In this document: positions 38,507-47,750 of the stretch, piece after piece
How positions within the stretch are numbered: position 1 is the stretch's first letter
Layout: the number at the start of each line of letters is the position of its first letter
The notes under the pieces: generated by a model
Database searches by the model: none
Told to the model about the DNA's origin: nothing
The model's input: only the letters and a program-made list of their open reading frames with translations
Source: Bacteroidales bacterium
GTDB taxonomy: Bacteria > Bacteroidota > Bacteroidia > Bacteroidales > Paludibacteraceae
Reading direction: 5' to 3'
Assembly (NCBI GenBank): GCA_038249445.1
Contig: JBBSDM010000006.1
Span: 16,293-80,292, forward strand
DNA: 64,000 nucleotides
Program-made: the position numbers and the translations under genes

Positions 38507-40843
38507 ATGAGTGTCAACCTTGAAATTTTCAATCACATGAACAAATATTTACAAACTGATCCTTGGTCTATTGTCGAAGAGGGTTTTCACTCAAATAAAC
38601 AATTGGCTTCTGAGAGTATTTTTAGTCTTGGTAATGGTCATATGGGTCAACGTGCCAATTTCGAAGAGTTTTATTCGGGCGAGACCATGTTGGGTTCTTA
38701 TATTGCAGGTATTTATTATCCCGAAAGAGCCGAGCGTGGCAATTGGAAAAATGGATATTCGGATACAAATGATAAAATAATAAATGCCCCAAACTGGACT
38801 AGCATCGTTGTGCGGCTAAATGACGACCAACTTGATTTAAGTACTTGGGATGTTCAAAATTTTAAGCGGATTTTGAATATGCACGAGGGTTATCTAGAAA
38901 GAACCTTCGAAGCAATTTCCCAAAAAGGTCATAAAATTCAGGTATCGGTAAAACGTTTTCTGAGCATGGCCGAGTCGGAGGTAGGAGCCATTAGTTATTC
39001 TGTGAAATCGATAAACTACGAAGGTCGTATTTCATTTATGCCATTGATTGATGCCGATGTACGAAATAAGCTAACCAACTACAAAGAACCGTTTTGGAAT
39101 GTATTACAAATCAAAACTGATCAGGATGTATCGCACTTGTGGGCACAAACCCGTCGTATCGATTTTCATGTTTGCTGTGCCCAAACCTTCGTTTTTTATA
39201 AAAACAATGAGCAACTGAATATTATTCCAACCAAGATAGAGAAAGAAAAAGCAGCTGGTTATAGCATTGGTACAGACGTTCGGATTGGCGATACTGTTTG
39301 TATAAATAAATATGTATCCGTTTTAACGTCACTCAATCACCCCTACGAAGAACTTGCGGATAGAGCCAGAACTCTTGCTCGGCAGTCAAAAGCGAAAGGG
39401 TGGAACAAGTTGTTCGAAGAACACGTAGCTGTGTGGGCCGATAAATGGTTGCATTCCGATATTATTATTGAAGGTGATGTTGAATCGCAGCAAGCCATTC
39501 GATTTGCAATTTTTCAACTTAATCAGACTTACAATGGGAATGATGCTCGTTTAAATATTAGCCCTAAGGGTTTTACCGGTGAAAAATATGCGGGTGCGAC
39601 ACGGTGGGATACAGAGGCGCTTTATTTGCCATTTTATCTATGTACTGCACCCCAAAATGTAGCCAAAAATTTATTATTGTATAGGTATCGTCACCTGAAA
39701 AAGGCTATACAAAATGCCGTAAAATTCGGATTTACAAATGGTGCTGCCTTATATCCAAATGCCACTTACAATGGCGAAGAAACTCATAACGAATGGGAAT
39801 TGACTTTCGAGGAGATTCATCGTAATGGCTCCATTGCTTATGCAATTTACAATTATATTAACTATACGGCTGATGATACATATTTAACTGAATACGGGTT
39901 GCGGGTACTTATTGCAATAGCTCGTTTTTGGTCTCAGCGGGTAAATGTATCGCAAATAACTAAGAAATATGTGATCCTCGGAGTTACAGGTCCAAACCAG
40001 TATGAGAGTAATGTGAATAATAATTGGTTTACAAATTATAATGCTGTTTGGACTCTCAAATATACAATTGAATGCGTTGAAAAGGTGAAAAGAGAGAGCT
40101 TTCGGGAGTTTGAGGGGCTTGCCCTGAGTATTCAATTTTCAAATGAAGAAATCTTTCGATGGAAAGATATTGTTGAAAATATGTATTTTCCCGAAGATAA
40201 AAAAAAGGATTTGTTTTTACAGCAAGATGGCTTTTTTGAGAAAGAGCTAACTTTAGCAGCTGACATACCAGAATCACAACTCCCAATAAACCAGCATTGG
40301 ACATGGGATAGAATTCAGCGTTCATCGTTAATTAAGCAGGCTGATGTAGTTCATGGGCTGTATTATTTCGAAGATGAATTTACTGTGGAAAAGATACGCA
40401 AGAATTTTGAATTCTACGAACCATTGACAGTCCATGAGTCTTCGCTTTCGCCAGGGATACATTCCATTGTGGCAAGTAAAATAGGCGATAAACAAAAAGC
40501 CTACGACTTGTACTTGCGTACGGCACGTATTGACTTAGACGATTATAATAGTGAAGTGGCTGATGGATTGCACATTACAAGTATGGCTGGTACATGGCTT
40601 AGTATTGTAAAAGGGTTTGGAGGAATGCGTGTAAAAGATAATTTGCTGCAACTGACCCCACAAATTCCAGAGAAATGGAATGCCTTTGCCTTTAACATCG
40701 TGTTCCGCAACAATCAGCTGAATGTTCGGATTGAAAAGAAACAACTTTATATTAAGAATATTACAGGAAGTGGAATTGATTTGGTGGTGAATAATAAACT
40801 TGTACATATTAAAGCAGAGAGTCAGGAAAAAATTACGATTTAA
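38507..40843 (+). CDS. GH65 glycoside hydrolase (maltose/kojibiose phosphorylase type)
   Basis: 778 aa. The N-terminus …DPWSIVEEGFHSNKQLASESIFSLGNGHMGQRANFEE… is typical of GH65 phosphorylases, and the length fits. Confidence 0.9.
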   Translation: MSVNLEIFNHMNKYLQTDPWSIVEEGFHSNKQLASESIFSLGNGHMGQRANFEEFYSGETMLGSYIAGIYYPERAERGNWKNGYSDTNDKIINAPNWTSIVVRLNDDQLDLSTWDVQNFKRILNMHEGYLERTFEAISQKGHKIQVSVKRFLSMAESEVGAISYSVKSINYEGRISFMPLIDADVRNKLTNYKEPFWNVLQIKTDQDVSHLWAQTRRIDFHVCCAQTFVFYKNNEQLNIIPTKIEKEKAAGYSIGTDVRIGDTVCINKYVSVLTSLNHPYEELADRARTLARQSKAKGWNKLFEEHVAVWADKWLHSDIIIEGDVESQQAIRFAIFQLNQTYNGNDARLNISPKGFTGEKYAGATRWDTEALYLPFYLCTAPQNVAKNLLLYRYRHLKKAIQNAVKFGFTNGAALYPNATYNGEETHNEWELTFEEIHRNGSIAYAIYNYINYTADDTYLTEYGLRVLIAIARFWSQRVNVSQITKKYVILGVTGPNQYESNVNNNWFTNYNAVWTLKYTIECVEKVKRESFREFEGLALSIQFSNEEIFRWKDIVENMYFPEDKKKDLFLQQDGFFEKELTLAADIPESQLPINQHWTWDRIQRSSLIKQADVVHGLYYFEDEFTVEKIRKNFEFYEPLTVHESSLSPGIHSIVASKIGDKQKAYDLYLRTARIDLDDYNSEVADGLHITSMAGTWLSIVKGFGGMRVKDNLLQLTPQIPEKWNAFAFNIVFRNNQLNVRIEKKQLYIKNITGSGIDLVVNNKLVHIKAESQEKITI

Positions 40844-40983
40844 GAACCGATCCCTCATAGATAAGAAATTAGAACACAGAATCCACATAATATCACCATC
40901 TGTAAACAAATGTGTGAACGAAATCTTATCATCAATAAACAGTGATTATAGACATTGATTTAAAAACTTTCAATTGCTTCAAA

Positions 40984-42828
40984 ATGAAAAAGATACTTTT
41001 GCTAATTTTTGTTGCGGTTTTTGCATTCCAACTTCATGCAAAACAGCAGGTATGGGTGCAGCGCATAGAACCAACTTATTGGTGGACGGATATGCAACGG
41101 TCTGATTTTCAATTAATGTTGTACGGGATAGATATTGCATCTTCTGATATTTCGGTAAATTATCAGGGTGTCAGTATTTTGCGTAAGCAACTGACCGATA
41201 ATCCTAATTATGTGTTTTTGTATTTGAAGGTGGAGAAAGAAACGCTTCCCGGAAAATTCAATATTGTGTTGAAAAGAGGCAATAAAAAACAATTCATTTC
41301 GTATGAATTAAAGCAAAGGCGTGATGGTTCTGCTCAGAGAAAAAGCTTTACCGAGGCCGATGCCATTTATTTGCTGATGCCGGATCGTTTTGCAAATGGA
41401 AACCCGGCCAATGATTCTGTCCCGAGTTATCATCAGGGTGTTCATCGAGAGGTTTCGGGAGCTCGACATGGAGGTGATATCGAAGGAATTATATCCAAAG
41501 TTCCATATATCGCCGACTTAGGTGCTACTGCTTTGTGGATAACTCCGCTTTTTGATAACAATGATACTAATTATTCTTACCATCATTATGCCTGTTCAGA
41601 TTATTATAAAATTGATCCACGTTTTGGTAAAAATGAAGATTATGCTCGACTTTCCGAAATCTGCCATGCCAATGGTCTGAAAATGATTATCGATGTAGTA
41701 CCTAATCATTGCGGCGGGTCACATTGGTGGATGAAAGATCTTCCTGCAAATGACTGGTTCAATACCTGGCCAAGTTATACTTCGTCTAATTATCGGATTG
41801 CCACGTGGACAGATCCGCATTCGGCAGAAGTTGATAAACAACGTCTGACGAATGGTTGGTTTGCACCCAATATGCCTGACCTGAACTTGCAAAATCCATT
41901 GCTATTTGACTACTTGCGACAAGTTTATACGTTTTGGATTGAAACGGCCAATATAGATGGAATGCGTGTGGATACCTATCCGTATAATGATTTGAAAACG
42001 GCGGCCAGATTTATACAAGCCATTCGCAATGAATATCCCAACTTGAATGTGGTAGGCGAGTGCTGGGTGAAAACGCCTGCCGAGATAGCTTATTTTCAGT
42101 CGGGGAATAACAATAAAGATGGTTTTGATTCCCGTTTGACAAGTGTAATGGATTTTTGCCTGAAAGATGTGTTTAGCTCTGCGTTCAATGAGGCGGATAG
42201 TTGGGATGGTGGAATGGCTCGGTTTTATGCACATTATGCTCAGGATTTTGTGTATGCCAATCCGAATCTGATTATGAATTTTCTGGATAATCACGACATT
42301 GATCGTTTTTCAACATCGGTTCAACGAAATGTACAAAAATACAAAATGGCATTGGCCATGTTAATCACAACGCGAGGGTATCCACAAATTTATTATGGAA
42401 CAGAAATTATGCTCGATGGTGTCAGGGGAGATTATCAGGGACACCGCTTCGATTTTCCCGGTGGTTGGGCTGCCGATAAGCGAAATGCATTTGGGGCTGA
42501 AGGACGATTGAATGAAGAAAATGAAGTGTTTAATTACCTTAGAACATTATTAAATTATCGGAAAAGTAATCCTGTACTGCAAAGTGGAAAGATGAAGCAG
42601 TTTATTTCTGAAAATGGGTTGTATGTGACCTTTAGATACAACGGTAGCAAAACGATAATGGTAATTGCGAATAATAATGATAGTGCTAAGGGGCTGGATT
42701 TGAAGCGTTTTGCTGAAATGCTTACAGGGAAAACTGAAGGTATGGAAATTGTAACCAATAAAAGGTATGGATTATCAAGCCCGATGGTAATTTCTGCAAA
42801 AACGGTTTTAATTTTGGAAGTAAAATAA
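40984..42828 (+). CDS. periplasmic GH13 alpha-amylase / cyclomaltodextrinase type (paralogue of 26379-28226)
   Basis: The signal peptide begins at the ATG at 40984 (MKKILLLIFVAVFAFQLHA). It has the same domain order and motifs as the other SusA-like gene (VQRIEPTYWWTDM, DRFANGNP, GGDIEGI, MIIDVVPNH, DGMRVDT, GECW, DNHD). Confidence 0.85.
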   Translation: MKKILLLIFVAVFAFQLHAKQQVWVQRIEPTYWWTDMQRSDFQLMLYGIDIASSDISVNYQGVSILRKQLTDNPNYVFLYLKVEKETLPGKFNIVLKRGNKKQFISYELKQRRDGSAQRKSFTEADAIYLLMPDRFANGNPANDSVPSYHQGVHREVSGARHGGDIEGIISKVPYIADLGATALWITPLFDNNDTNYSYHHYACSDYYKIDPRFGKNEDYARLSEICHANGLKMIIDVVPNHCGGSHWWMKDLPANDWFNTWPSYTSSNYRIATWTDPHSAEVDKQRLTNGWFAPNMPDLNLQNPLLFDYLRQVYTFWIETANIDGMRVDTYPYNDLKTAARFIQAIRNEYPNLNVVGECWVKTPAEIAYFQSGNNNKDGFDSRLTSVMDFCLKDVFSSAFNEADSWDGGMARFYAHYAQDFVYANPNLIMNFLDNHDIDRFSTSVQRNVQKYKMALAMLITTRGYPQIYYGTEIMLDGVRGDYQGHRFDFPGGWAADKRNAFGAEGRLNEENEVFNYLRTLLNYRKSNPVLQSGKMKQFISENGLYVTFRYNGSKTIMVIANNNDSAKGLDLKRFAEMLTGKTEGMEIVTNKRYGLSSPMVISAKTVLILEVK

Positions 42829-42855
42829 ACGAACTATAAAAACATATATCATTAA

Positions 42856-44586
42856 ATGAAAAGGCTATCCATTAAAGAGCTAACCGCAAGATTGTTAGTT
42901 GTTTTGCAACGATTCTATTTAGTCTTGATTTTTCTGATAGGAACGGCACTGTTTTGTATCATTAAAATCAATTACCCCGAGCATAAATTGGAAGATTCGA
43001 TACTGATCTTTTTTATTCTCACTTCTTTGTTTTATGTTCCGATATCATTTTTGCTAGAAAATAATTTTCATAAAATACAACGACTGCTTTTGATTGTCAT
43101 CCCTTCATTGGTGATGGGCTACTATTGTTTTTGGTTGCTCAATCTCGATTTGCCGACAGATCGTTATCAAGTTTTTATCTTGGGACTTGTGTTTGGGTTG
43201 TTTAGTTTTGTAGTCCCATTTTTTAAGAAAGAAACTGACATGCCATTTTGGAGTTTTACGAAAATAAATGTTACTCAGATTATTATTACAGTTCTTTTTG
43301 CCAGTGTTCTTTTTGCGGGATTAAGTCTGGCCATTTATTCGCTCGAAGTATTGTTTAAAATAAACATTAATCATAAGGTGTATGAGAATCTGAGTGTGAT
43401 TTGCTATGTGCTTTTTGGTCCGGTTTATTTTTTGTCGAACGTACCGGAAAAGACTGAAATGAATACCCAAGATATCACTTTCGATAAGTTTTTCAAAATA
43501 CTGGGTCTGTATATTTTTCTGCCCATTCTGGCTCTTTATACGTTAATTCTATACGTTTATTTCTTGCAAATTATCATCAAATGGGAGTTGCCAAATGGTT
43601 GGGTTTCAACCTTAGTTTCTATCCTCGGTTTAGGTGGGTTTCTGTGCATGTTCATTTTGTACCCCTTGCGCTTGCAAAAAGAAAACAAGTTTGTAAATAT
43701 TCTCTCAAAGTACTTTCCGCTTCTGTTGATGCCGCTTTTAGTGCTTATGTCTGTGGGTATCTTCCGTCGTTTGGGCGATTATGGACTGACTATAAATCGT
43801 TGTTTGGTACTGATTCTTAACTTGTGGTTTTATGGAATATCTGTCTATCTTTTTATCAGCAATGCAAAACATTTGAAATGGATAGTTAGCTCATTTGCCT
43901 CGGTAGCCTTGCTTATGTCAGTTGGCCCATGGAGTGTGTTCAGCGTTACTAAACGTACCATGCTAACCGAAATTGGACAGTTGCTGAATGACGCTAAATT
44001 ACTAAAGAATGGGAAAATGATTGATAATTCAAAGTCTACGATCGTAGTTGACACGCTAACTTCGAAACGATTAATTGAAGATATAAAGTATACGTTTCAT
44101 AATTACGGATACACTTGTTTTGAGCCCTATTTTAAACAAGAAATAAAAAAATGGAATGCATCGGATGTGATTGATAAATTAGGACTTAAAGAATTGAATC
44201 GAACTGAAAAATATTTCAATGCTCACATCGAGGATAAAGATGAGCCGTTAAATATTGAATTGTTTAAAGAATTTGTTGAGCTAAACGACTATGATGGCAA
44301 AAAAGATACACTTCTAGCTTCAAGCAGTTTGAACGTTATTTTGAAGAATCAAGTGTTGAAAATAACCAGAAAAGGTTCAGAAAACCAAATGATTACAATT
44401 TCTCTTGCTGAAAAGTTAAGCTTGCTGCATAAGACAAACGAGAAAACAAAAGCATTTCCAATTAAGGACATGACCATTCAATGTGAAAACTATAAACTTG
44501 TGATTTTAAATGTGAGAGGCAATTATTATGCAGGTAAGGATAGTGTTACTATTGATGCCATTGATGCTTATTTGTTCCTGAAATGA
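42856..44586 (+). CDS. polytopic membrane protein of unknown function (DUF4153-like) with C-terminal soluble domain
   Basis: 576 aa. The first ~360 aa contain about 10 hydrophobic segments and the last ~210 aa are hydrophilic. It starts 27 nt after the GH13 stop with no visible hairpin between. The DUF4153 assignment is from memory of the family architecture. Confidence 0.5.
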   Translation: MKRLSIKELTARLLVVLQRFYLVLIFLIGTALFCIIKINYPEHKLEDSILIFFILTSLFYVPISFLLENNFHKIQRLLLIVIPSLVMGYYCFWLLNLDLPTDRYQVFILGLVFGLFSFVVPFFKKETDMPFWSFTKINVTQIIITVLFASVLFAGLSLAIYSLEVLFKININHKVYENLSVICYVLFGPVYFLSNVPEKTEMNTQDITFDKFFKILGLYIFLPILALYTLILYVYFLQIIIKWELPNGWVSTLVSILGLGGFLCMFILYPLRLQKENKFVNILSKYFPLLLMPLLVLMSVGIFRRLGDYGLTINRCLVLILNLWFYGISVYLFISNAKHLKWIVSSFASVALLMSVGPWSVFSVTKRTMLTEIGQLLNDAKLLKNGKMIDNSKSTIVVDTLTSKRLIEDIKYTFHNYGYTCFEPYFKQEIKKWNASDVIDKLGLKELNRTEKYFNAHIEDKDEPLNIELFKEFVELNDYDGKKDTLLASSSLNVILKNQVLKITRKGSENQMITISLAEKLSLLHKTNEKTKAFPIKDMTIQCENYKLVILNVRGNYYAGKDSVTIDAIDAYLFLK

Positions 44587-44697
44587 TTAGTTAAGGAGAA
44601 AAAACAATCACAATAGAATTGGCTAATCTACTAAAATCAACTACTTTTACAATCATTTTCAAAAATCGTTTACTAATAACTTGCTTATCACAACAAA

Positions 44698-45201
44698 ATG
44701 ATTAAAATAAAAGACAGCCAATTGGCAGCTGCTGCCCAAAAAGGAATGGATGAATTTCTTCAAGTGTTTACTGATGCTTATCTGGAAATTATTGGAGGAA
44801 ATCTCACTGCCGAAAATATGTCCTTGCTCAACGGAAGCCAGCATACACTGTTGGCGCATCGTTTTTTTCAAGACGAAATGCGCGACGGTGGTTTTGTACA
44901 ATTGATTCAGAACGGTTACGGTGGATATATTTTCTCTAACCCTTTTGCAAAAGCAATCAAACAGTTTGGCGCTGTGGATTTGTCAAAATTGGTTTACAAA
45001 GCCAAGGAAATTTACGATCCAAACAAAGCAGAACTGGAAAGAGAAACGACTGAGGACGAGTTTAATGCTATGTATGTCGATTTTGAAGCGTTTGATGATT
45101 TGGAAGAAATGTATTTCGAAATGGAAGAACAGCAAACAAGCTTAATTGCTGCCTACGTGGATGAGCACATTGCCAACTTTGCTGAAATAGTACAGGATTA
45201 A
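44698..45201 (+). CDS. small acidic cytoplasmic protein, DMP19/DUF4375-like
   Basis: 167 aa with no signal peptide and an acidic C-terminus. The motif …FFQDEMRDGGFVQLIQNGYGGYIF… resembles the NGGFxQ core of DUF4375 (DNA-mimic DMP19-like) proteins. Confidence 0.4.
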   Translation: MIKIKDSQLAAAAQKGMDEFLQVFTDAYLEIIGGNLTAENMSLLNGSQHTLLAHRFFQDEMRDGGFVQLIQNGYGGYIFSNPFAKAIKQFGAVDLSKLVYKAKEIYDPNKAELERETTEDEFNAMYVDFEAFDDLEEMYFEMEEQQTSLIAAYVDEHIANFAEIVQD

Positions 45202-45221
45202 AACCCATTAGATACAACCAA

Positions 45222-45260
45222 AACTCCACGAATGGCAATTGTCATTCGGGGAGTTCTGTT
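45222..45260. terminator. terminator hairpin between the DUF4375-like gene and the convergent acyl-CoA ligase gene
   Basis: AACTCCACGAATG (45222-45234) pairs with CATTCGGGGAGTT (45243-45255) with one mismatch, followed by a T-rich stretch. Confidence 0.5.
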
Positions 45261-45277
45261 TGATATAGAGTTCTTGT

Positions 45278-46927
45278 TTATACAATCTCAATTCCATGTT
45301 CCTTGCACAGTTCTACGGCCATTTTGCGCAGTTTGAACTTTTGTATTTTTCCACTGCCGGTGAGTGGATATTCGTTCACCGAAAATACATAGCGAGGTAT
45401 TTTATAACGGGCTATTTTTTCTTTGCAGTAGTCGCGCACATCTTCCGATGTAATTTCGGCATTGGCATGAGGAATCACAAACGCAGCTACATCTTCGCCA
45501 TAGCGCGGCGAGGCCATTGCCACTATCTGAACATCTTTAACTCCTGGCATTTTATACAGAAACTCTTCAATTTCGCGGGGTGAAATATTCTCACCGCCCC
45601 GAATAATCATATCTTTAATTCTACCGGTAATGCGATAATTCCCATCGGGATCTTTCACGCCTAAATCGCCCGAGTGAAGGAAGCCATTCTTATCAATGAC
45701 TTCGGCGGTAGCTTGTGGATTTTTATAGTACCCTTTCATAACATTGTATCCACGGCAGCACATTTCGCCTTGTACGCCATCGGGACACATTTCGCCAGTA
45801 ACAGGGTCAATGACTGCAACTTCTGTAAATTCATAATTGCTGCCCACAGTGGTGCAACGAACTTCGAACGAGTCGTCGAAGCGAGTCTGTGTCATGCCCG
45901 GCGAAGTTTCAGTCAGCCCATAAACGCTGGTGATGGTCATAAACATTTTGTCGCTCACATTACGCATTAATTCAATGGGACACAATGCACCAGCCATAAT
46001 TCCGGTTCGCAGTGAACTCATGTCGAATAAATTGAACATGGGATGATTTAGCTCCGCAATGAACATGGTAGGTACGCCATAGACAGCTGTACAACGTTCT
46101 TTGTGAATGGATGCAAGTGTAATCAGCGGGTCGAATTTTTCAACCATTACTTGCGTGCAGCCGTGCGTAAGGCAATTCATTGCGGCCAATACAACACCAA
46201 AACAGTGAAACATAGGCACACAAACGCACAGTTTGTCGGCCTGCGTAAACTTCATGTGCTCGCCGGTGAGGTAACCATTGTTGGCAATGTTGTGATGCGA
46301 GAGCATTACACCTTTCGGAAAACCTGTTGTGCCCGAGGTATATTGCATATTTACCACTTCATGGCAATCTACGGAATTTTTTATGTTGAAATATTTTGTA
46401 TCATTCTGGTTGCTACCCAAAAGTAAAAGTTCCGGTGTGTTGTACATGCCGCGGTGCTTTTCCTGTCCGATATACACTACGTTTTTTACTTGTGGAAAAA
46501 GTTCACTTTTTAAATGCCCTCGCTGAGTTGTTTTTAAATCTGGAAAAAGCGAATATACCATCGATACATAGTCGCTGCCCGATACACCATCGGTGATGCA
46601 AAGTGTGTGCATATCCGAATTTTTGATGACAAAGGCCAGTTCATGTTCTTTGTAGTTGGTGTTTACAGTCACTGCCACCGCACCTATTTTGGCGCAGGCA
46701 TATAAAAATGTCAACCAATCGGGTACGTTTTGCGCCCAGATACCCACATGCGCCCCTTTGGTAACGCCAATCGACAGCAATCCTTTAGCCATATTATCCA
46801 CTCGATCATTGAATTCGCACCAAGTGAATCGTAAATTGCGGTCGGAGTAAACGATACATTCATGTTTGGGAGTTTTGGTGGCCCAATGTTCTAGCCAGTC
46901 GCCTAAAGTGTTGTTTGATAATTCCAT
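45278..46927 (-). CDS. AMP-binding acyl-CoA synthetase / fatty-acid--CoA ligase family protein
   Basis: 549 aa. The AMP-binding signature is [16 protein letters not shown], and the C-terminal part contains …GDLG…[13 protein letters not shown]…. Confidence 0.85.
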   Translation of the reverse strand: MELSNNTLGDWLEHWATKTPKHECIVYSDRNLRFTWCEFNDRVDNMAKGLLSIGVTKGAHVGIWAQNVPDWLTFLYACAKIGAVAVTVNTNYKEHELAFVIKNSDMHTLCITDGVSGSDYVSMVYSLFPDLKTTQRGHLKSELFPQVKNVVYIGQEKHRGMYNTPELLLLGSNQNDTKYFNIKNSVDCHEVVNMQYTSGTTGFPKGVMLSHHNIANNGYLTGEHMKFTQADKLCVCVPMFHCFGVVLAAMNCLTHGCTQVMVEKFDPLITLASIHKERCTAVYGVPTMFIAELNHPMFNLFDMSSLRTGIMAGALCPIELMRNVSDKMFMTITSVYGLTETSPGMTQTRFDDSFEVRCTTVGSNYEFTEVAVIDPVTGEMCPDGVQGEMCCRGYNVMKGYYKNPQATAEVIDKNGFLHSGDLGVKDPDGNYRITGRIKDMIIRGGENISPREIEEFLYKMPGVKDVQIVAMASPRYGEDVAAFVIPHANAEITSEDVRDYCKEKIARYKIPRYVFSVNEYPLTGSGKIQKFKLRKMAVELCKEHGIEIV

Positions 46928-46933
46928 ATTAAA

Positions 46934-47506
46934 TTAAATTGGAGTATAAACAACAGCTACTATTTGCGCAGGTTGGTCGTTGGCTGCACTGACAATATGG
47001 TCAACTATCGAATCGTAGTAAATACTATCCCCTTTTTGAAGTTCGTAGCTTTCTTTACCGTATTGAATTTTTACTGCGCCTTGAATCACAAAGATAAATT
47101 CCTCACCCTCGTGCGATGAAAGAATTGGTTCTGTGACGATAGAAGGTTGTATGTCAATTAGAAATGGCTCCATGTGACGGCCACTTTTGTTGCCAGCCAA
47201 TGAAAAAAAATCGAGATGAGAATTGGTATTGGAAAGCTGGCTGGAGAATGTGGCCGGTTGTTGTGTTTCGGTTTGACGATGGACTACCGGGCCAAGTTCA
47301 TTGCTATCGTCTAAAAATGTACCTAATCGAACACCCAATGCACGAGCAATTTTAATTAAAGGAGATAACGAGGGTATACTTTCGCTGTTTTGAATCAATT
47401 CAATTTGAGCTACAGTTAGTCCCGAACCTTCGGACAATTCTTCAATGGAGATGTTTTTGTCGGCACATAAAATGCTAATTTTTTTTCCTACAGTATTTTT
47501 TTTCAT
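46934..47506 (-). CDS. XRE-family transcriptional regulator with C-terminal cupin sensor domain
   Basis: An N-terminal HTH_3-like segment (…ISIEELSEGSGLTVAQIELIQN…) is followed by a cupin fold (…HEGEEFIFVIQGAVKI…GDSIYYDS…). Its stop is 6 nt from the ligase start. Confidence 0.85.
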   Translation of the reverse strand: MKKNTVGKKISILCADKNISIEELSEGSGLTVAQIELIQNSESIPSLSPLIKIARALGVRLGTFLDDSNELGPVVHRQTETQQPATFSSQLSNTNSHLDFFSLAGNKSGRHMEPFLIDIQPSIVTEPILSSHEGEEFIFVIQGAVKIQYGKESYELQKGDSIYYDSIVDHIVSAANDQPAQIVAVVYTPI

Positions 47507-47511
47507 GGTAA

Positions 47512-47526
47512 ATGCAATTGTTGCAT
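47512..47526. promoter_or_regulatory. palindrome ATGCAA-N3-TTGCAT immediately upstream of the XRE-cupin start codon (candidate auto-operator)
   Basis: ATGCAATTGTTGCAT has 6-bp inverted arms and lies 6-20 nt upstream of the ATG. A second palindrome, TTGCGGTCGCAA, is at 47599-47610. Confidence 0.3.
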
Positions 47527-47630
47527 GTGATTAATGCATAATTTGTGACTATCAGGATGATGAGTATCAGATTGCTTTTAATGTAATTATTTTCGCAGTT
47601 GCGGTCGCAAAAATAGGAATAAAAATCGCA

Positions 47631-47680
47631 TTAAAAAAGGCTTTTGATTGAAATTTATTACAAAATCAATCAAAAGCCTT
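47631..47680 (-). terminator. rho-independent terminator of the S41 peptidase gene
   Basis: A perfect 15-bp inverted repeat: AAGGCTTTTGATTGA (47637-47651) and TCAATCAAAAGCCTT (47666-47680). On the minus strand it is followed by TTTTTT. Confidence 0.7.
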
Positions 47681-47750
47681 ATAGTTGTATGGAAAAGCTG
47701 GTTAATAGTTTAAAATCGTTAGTTGGTCGAAGTGTTTAACATGTAACCAA

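Noticed and set aside
21493-42828. Whether the alpha-glucan locus is a horizontally acquired island or contains mobile-element traces.
   Set aside because: No integrase, transposase, tRNA target, direct-repeat boundaries or obvious compositional break is visible by eye. The flanks are core genes (dnaJ on one side). I cannot compute GC or codon statistics here, so this is only a visual judgement.
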